Shown: piece after piece, positions 63,992 to 64,000 of the stretch
Layout: the number at the start of each line of letters is the position of its first letter
Position numbering within the stretch: position 1 is the first letter of the stretch
Made by a program: the position numbers and the translations under genes
Source of the DNA: Phycisphaeraceae bacterium
GTDB lineage: Bacteria; Planctomycetota; Phycisphaerae; Phycisphaerales; Phycisphaeraceae
DNA: 64,000 bases
NCBI GenBank assembly: GCA_963674705.1
Contig: OY771506.1
Location: forward strand, 2,432,001-2,496,000
Direction: 5' to 3'
Notes under the pieces: model-generated
Seen by the model: the letters and a program-made list of their open reading frames with translations, nothing else
The model's database searches: none
Told to the model about the DNA's origin: nothing

Positions 63992-64000
63992 CTCGGTATC

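Overview
Core-chromosome segment from a high-GC bacterium, very probably a planctomycete of class Phycisphaerae. This is inferred from two dockerin-like plus PEP-CTERM exoproteins, the dksA-like/lspA pairing and nusA-infB without rimP. The window is mostly housekeeping: folC, serS, archaeal-type proS, thrC, lspA, leuD, rpsT, nusA-infB-DUF503-rbfA-HhH protein-hisG-TPR lipoprotein, gyrB, rplM-rpsI, trmL, mfd and ligA. It also holds a YtrA-type GntR/ABC operon with a clear operator and several envelope or hypothetical proteins. I found no tRNA, rRNA, CRISPR array, integrase, transposase or prophage. The most notable signals are: (1) ten genes with a TAnnnT -10 box 6-7 nt before the start codon and no Shine-Dalgarno, suggesting widespread leaderless mRNA; (2) a ~620-aa cytoplasmic coiled coil fused to a Wzz/YveK-like two-TM module; (3) several intergenic inverted repeats whose arms are built from 7-, 9- or 10-nt tandem units, one of them nested; (4) a long structured nusA leader ending in a terminator; (5) a rod-like, possibly 6S-like RNA upstream of serS; (6) a zinc-free DksA-family protein with a histone-H1-like tail. 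All calls come from reading motifs by eye; no database search or folding program was run.
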